Source: the human T2T-CHM13v2.0 reference genome, Homo sapiens. Taken from it: 64,000 nucleotides of DNA. The stretch is taken from assembly GCF_009914755.1 (NCBI RefSeq), contig NC_060930.1; one strand, 5' to 3'. A program made the position numbers and the translations under genes. This document shows positions 59,201 to 64,000 of the stretch, piece after piece (within the stretch, counting starts at the first letter, position 1; each line of letters opens with the position of its first letter). A model generated the notes under the pieces. The model had not been told where the DNA came from, did no database searches, and saw only the letters and a list, made by a program, of their open reading frames with translations.

Positions 59201-59769
59201 TATGAATTTCATAAATGTCAGAATTAGATGTCAAAGTTACCATTATTTACACATGAGTACTTATTTTAAAAACTTAAGAGTGGTATATGAATAAAAGTGT
59301 TCAGTAAAATCATAATTTGGTAATTGAAAGCCTTTCTTTGTGCCAACAAAATATTCTTAGAAAAGGTAATGGATAAAGGTAATGATTAAAATAGACTTTA
59401 TGGATAACTTCAGCCAAATATAATAAATATAAATAAGCATATATTTTATTATATACTTAACTATTATAAACATTTAAAATATAAGTAAAGTAACAGTAAA
59501 ATAAAAGGGATAAATTTAAAATTTGTGAAGGATATATATTATATATATTTAATAATTTTAAAAGATACATAAGAAAACACAAATAAGCAGAAAAGTGTAT
59601 TATGCCCCCAGTTGACATATTCAAATTATAAAGATCTTAATTCACTGCAAATTGATCTATGAGTTGAATGTAATCAATCATTCAATAACTTCAATGTGAA
59701 TAAGTAACTCCAGCATTCATCTGGAAATATAAATACAAAAATAGCTAAGAGGAGAATGGTAGAAAAATA

Positions 59770-60491
59770 AGAAATTCCAACTTTCACCATTCCATAAAAG
59801 CAATAAGAAAACTGTCAAAAACTGTCAGAATCAACTTTCTTCAGAACTCTGAAAATTCACCAAAGGGCTGCAACAACTGGAAGAGCCCTTACTCAACATA
59901 ACAGCTGAATCCTGAATCTGCTGTAGTAAGAAATAAGGATCACAAGATTTGCTGCATTTTGACTTTCTCCAGCTCCATTTTCAACTCCCTAGCTCAACGG
60001 TAAGGAGCCATGAAAATAAGTACCTGCATTCCATGTACTGGATGGAGCAGAACAGATCTCATTCACAAAGACTTTAATAATTTACTGTGACCTATCTGAT
60101 GCCTCCCTGGAAGACTGGCTTAAAAGGCTTGTCTTTCTCTCACCTGACTCAGAACTCCTCCAGAACTCCTCCAGCGGGGCTAATTCTGCTGCGGTGGGGA
60201 ATGGGCGGTGGGGACATTTGTCTAAAACATTTACAGATGAATGTTTTAGTTGCTGCTTCCTGTTGGGGAAGACGATGTACAAACCAAAAACCTTGAGAGG
60301 GAAGACTGCTGACGGGAGATGTCCATAGGGCTTAAAAGTTCTATTACATCCTGGAAATCTAGAAGGTCATGTGTGTCCCCAAGAGCTGGGCATGCTAACA
60401 AAGAACCTGAGACGGCTCTGAAGGCTCTCTGAATAAATGATGGGTAAGACAGAACTGCAAACTGCCTGGCTGAGAGTTAAAGGCATGCTCC

Positions 60492-60538
<47 letters not shown>

Positions 60539-60596
60539 CTCCCTTAGCAAAGACTGAAAGATGTGTTGGTTCCAGGCATTTAGGAAAACATCTGTC
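59770..60596 (+). mobile_element. Old L1M 5'UTR fragment
   Basis: CAAAAACTGTCAGAATCAACTTTCTTCAGAACTCTGAAAATT..CCAAAGG and GGTTCCAGGCATTTAGGAAAA resemble L1M 5' ends. Confidence 0.6.
60493..60536. repeat. (AC)22 microsatellite
   Basis: Perfect run read directly. Confidence 0.97.
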
Positions 60597-60597
60597 C

Positions 60598-61102
60598 TGA
60601 GTGAATGCTGAAATGAGGTAAGACTTTGGGGGACTATTGAGAAGTCATGACTGTATTTTGCAATGTGAGAAGGACCTGAGATTTGAGGCTGGGCAGAAGG
60701 AGGGGTAGAATGATGTAGTTTGGATTTCATGTTGAAATGTAATCTCCAATGTTGGAGATGGGGCCTGGTGGGAGGTGTTTGGGTCATGGGGGTGGATCCT
60801 TCATGGCTTGATGCTGTCTTTGCAATGGTGAGTGAGTGCTCTTGAGATCTGGTTAAGTGTGTGGCACTTCCCCACCACCAACTCTCTTTCTCTTGCTCCA
60901 ACTCTGCCATGTGACACATCTGCTCCTACTTCACCTTCATCCCTGAGTTAAAGCTCCCTGAGGCCTCCCCAGAAGCTGAGCAGATACCAGCACCATGCTT
61001 CCTGTAAAGCCTGCGGAACCATGAGCCAATTAAACCTCTTTTCTTTATAAATTACCCAGCCTCAGGTATTTCTTTATAGCAACACAAGAACAGCCTACCA
61101 CT
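60598..61102 (+). mobile_element. MSTB-like: 3' end of the internal region plus 3' LTR (60711-61102); inverted part of the element at 61666-63409
   Basis: AAGACTTTGGGGGACT...TGTGAGAAGGAC (int end), then TGATGTAGTTTGGAT...TTTCTTTATAGCAACACAAGAACAGCCTA. Confidence 0.88.
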
Positions 61103-61159
61103 GGGGGAACAGAGTGAAGCCAGCCTGCTTCCACATCATCATTTTGGAACTGAGAGTCT

Positions 61160-61662
61160 ATAACTATTGTTTATAGTTATTGCTTTTTGCACCTGTATAA
61201 TAAAAGATTAAAAAACTAAAAGAAGTTACAACAAAAATACATTTATGCTATCTTTTATATTTACCTATTTAGTTACCTTTCTTCATGTGGGTTTGAGTTA
61301 TTTTCTATTCAACTCAAAAGACTCCCTATGGCATTGGTTATAGGGAAGTTCTGGCAACAATGGACCCTCTTAATTTTTGTTTATATTGGAATGCCTTAAT
61401 TTCTTCTACATTTTTGAAGGATCATTTTGCTGGATATAGAATGATTGGTTGAACTTTTTATTTTTCAGTATTGGACCTCATTGCCTTTTAGACACCATGG
61501 TTTCTAATGAGAAATCAACTGATAATCTTGTTCAAGATCGCTTGCATGTGATAAACCACTTATGTCTTGCTGCTTTCAAAAATTGTCTCTCTGTCTTTTG
61601 GCACATTGCTTATGATGTGTCTAGGTACAGATAACATAGTTTATCCTACTTGAAGTTTGTTG
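61160..61662 (-). mobile_element. Old L1M ORF1-end/inter-ORF fragment, antisense (inside the inferred inversion)
   Basis: The reverse complement resembles 3200-3660 of this window (CTATATCCAGCAAAATGATCCTTCAAAA; AAATTAAGGCATTCC). Confidence 0.75.
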
Positions 61663-61665
61663 CAA

Positions 61666-63409
61666 CTTTGAAACCCAGCAAGGCAGTCATTAAATCTTAA
61701 AGTTCCAAAATAATCATCTTTTCCTTTATGTCCCACATGCTGGGAACACTACTGCAAGAAGTGGGTGACCAAGGCCTTGGGAAGTTCTGCCCCTATGGGT
61801 TTGCAGGCTTCAGACCCAATGGCTGCTCTCACAGGTTAGAACTGAGCACCTGCAGCTTTTCTAGGCACAGGGTGCAAGCTGCCAGTGATCTACCATTCTG
61901 GGGTCTAGAGGGCAGCACCCCATTCCCACAGCTCCACTAAGCAGAGCCCTCTTGGGGACTCTGTGTGGGTCTAGCAACCCTGAATTTCCCCTCTGAACTG
62001 CCCTAGTAGAGGTTCTACATGGGGACTCTGCCCCTGCAGCAGGCTTCTGCCTGGCATCCAGCCTTTTTCATATATCTTCTGAAATCTAGGCCAAGCCTCC
62101 TTCACTCTTGCACTCTGCATTCCTACAGGCTTAATGCCACATGGAAGCCACCAAGGCTTATGGCTTGTGCCCTCTTAAGTGACAGCACAAACTGTACCTG
62201 GGGTCCTTTGAGCTGTGGCTGGAGCTAGAATGGCCTAGATGCAGGCAGCACTGTTCCAAGACTGCACAGGGCAGTGGGGCTCTGGGCCTAGCCCATGGAA
62301 TCATTCTTCTCTCCTAGGCTTCTGGGGCTATGACAGGAGGGGCTGCCTCTTAGATCTCTGAAATGCCTTTGAGGCCTTTTTCCCATTGTCTTGGCTGTCT
62401 TTTAGTTATGCAAGTTTCTCTAGGAAGTGGTTGCTCAGCAACCTGCTTGAATTCCTCCCCTGAAAATGCTTTTTCTTTCTCTGCCGCATGGCCAGGCTGC
62501 AAATTTTCCAAACTTATATGCTCTGTTTCTTGTTCCAATACAAATTCCAACTTTAAGTCATTTCTCTGCTCCCGCATCTGACCAAAGCCTGTTAGAAGCA
62601 GCCAGGCCACATCTTGAACACTTTGTTGCTTAGAAATTTCCTTTACCAGATACCCTAGGTTGTCACTCTGAAGTTCAAATTTCCACAAGTCCCTAGGGCA
62701 CAAACAGAATGCAGCCAACTTCTTTGCTAGGGCATAACAAGGGTGACCTTTGCTCCAGTTCTCCATAAGTTCCTCATTTCCATCTGAGACTTCATCAGCC
62801 TTCACTGTCCATAGCACTATCAACATTTTGGTCATAACCATTTAACCAGTCTCTAAGAAGTTCCAGATTTTCCCTTATCTTTCTGTTTTCTTCTGAGCTC
62901 TCCAAACTCTTCCAAGCTCTGCCTGTTACCCAGTTCCAAAGTCCCTTCCACATTTTCAGATATCTTCACAGCAATATCCCACTCTTCAGTACCAATTTTC
63001 TGTGTTAGTTCATTCTTGTATTGCTAAAAAGAAATACATGAGACTTGGCAATTTATTAAGAAAAGAGGTTTAATTGGCTCACAATTCTGCAGGATATACA
63101 GGAAGCATGGCACTAGCATTTTCTTGGCTCCTGAGGAGGACTCAGGGAGCTTTAATTCATGGCAGAAGGCAAAGCAGGAGCTGGCACATTATGTGGCAGA
63201 ACAGGTACAAGAGAGAGTGGGGGGTGGGAAGGTGCCATATACTTAAACAACCAGATCTCATAAGAACTCACCCACTATTGTAAGGAGAGCACCAAGCCAT
63301 GAGAGATCTGCCCTCATGACCCACACACCTCCCACCAGGCCCTCCCTCCAATGTGGGGGATTACATTTCAACATGAGATTTGGGTGGTGGGAATATCCAA
63401 ACTATATCA
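61666..63409 (-). mobile_element. MSTB-like internal region (61666-63000) plus 5' LTR (63001-63409)
   Basis: The MaLR ORF remnant at 62350-62841 reads VSDGNEELMENWSKGHPCYALAKKLAAFC. The LTR runs TGTGTTAGTTCATTCTTG...CCAAACTATATCA. Confidence 0.9.
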
Positions 63410-64000
63410 CCCCCCAACCAACAAAAACAAAAATAAATATACACACCAATATTATCCCCATCAACATCTCAGAACTCAAATATGAAGATGAGATAGTTCT
63501 TGGGGCCACAGAGAAGTGAAAAAACTCTGAGACAACAGTGAGAGAACTGGACTTCCTCATCTGTGATGGTTTTCCCCCATCTTCTTGACATGAAGTACAT
63601 GGAAAATTTCCCCCCAACTCATGGTTTCTACACACACAAAAAAGTGAGATTGAGGTGGACGACCAGCTTCCCCACCATCTTGAACTACTTGACAGGAGAC
63701 CTCTCCCTCCCTAAACCCCTGGGAAGCATCAGGAGTGCCCGAAAAGAAAAATATCCCTATGAAGAGCCAGAGACAAAAGGGGGAAGTGGGACTACCATCC
63801 CACCCTAGAAATTTTTCTCTGTAGCTTGACAAAAAGAGATACCAAATCGGAGTGGCTGCTCAGCATCACCACACTGTAGGAGGTTTATTCCATTACTCCC
63901 CAGGGCATGAACCCATAGCCAGCTTCCCACACTGCTGGAATATCCCTTTGGCATTTCTCCTGTTCAGGATAAGTGGTACTCTGATTATTTACTAGAACTG
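63410..64000 (+). mobile_element. Old L1M 5'UTR (continues beyond the window)
   Basis: CAGAACTCAAATATGAAGATGAGA..GGGGCCACAGAGAAGTGAAAAAACTC resembles recalled L1M 5'UTRs. Its first ~55 bp appear inverted at 61103-61160. Confidence 0.55.

Overview
This is primate (very likely human) nuclear genomic DNA. Most of it is interspersed repeats, and I can support no host protein-coding exon, RNA gene or CRISPR array. It contains several LINE-1 copies of different ages: a near-full-length old L1MB-type copy, nested L1PB/L1PA copies, and a younger L1PA3/4 3' fragment with an open 522-aa ORF2 C-terminus. It also holds seven Alus, MIRs and MaLR LTR elements (two-LTR THE1, MLT1A0 and MSTB copies plus solo LTRs). 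Other elements are an LTR12 (ERV9) and an LTR14 solo LTR, an ERVL pol relic, DNA transposons (MER8, MADE1, MER47, MER5A, a near-full-length Cheshire hAT), two 33-bp minisatellites, microsatellites and a small CpG island at about 45.3-46.5 kb. Subfamily names come from recalled consensus sequences, not a database search, and the boundaries of old elements are approximate. I found no convincing novel biological system. The most interesting signals are structural. (1) An ~1.07-kb inversion can be reconstructed from a split MSTB element and its TSD. (2) A palindromic AT-rich VNTR has one unit deleted at the hairpin tip. (3) A dispersed 260-bp duplication shows very uneven divergence and sits in TA-rich DNA. 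(4) One Alu is trimeric. (5) A four-level L1/LTR12 nest includes a TSD-less insert. (6) An ancient MLT1 LTR is unusually CpG-rich.
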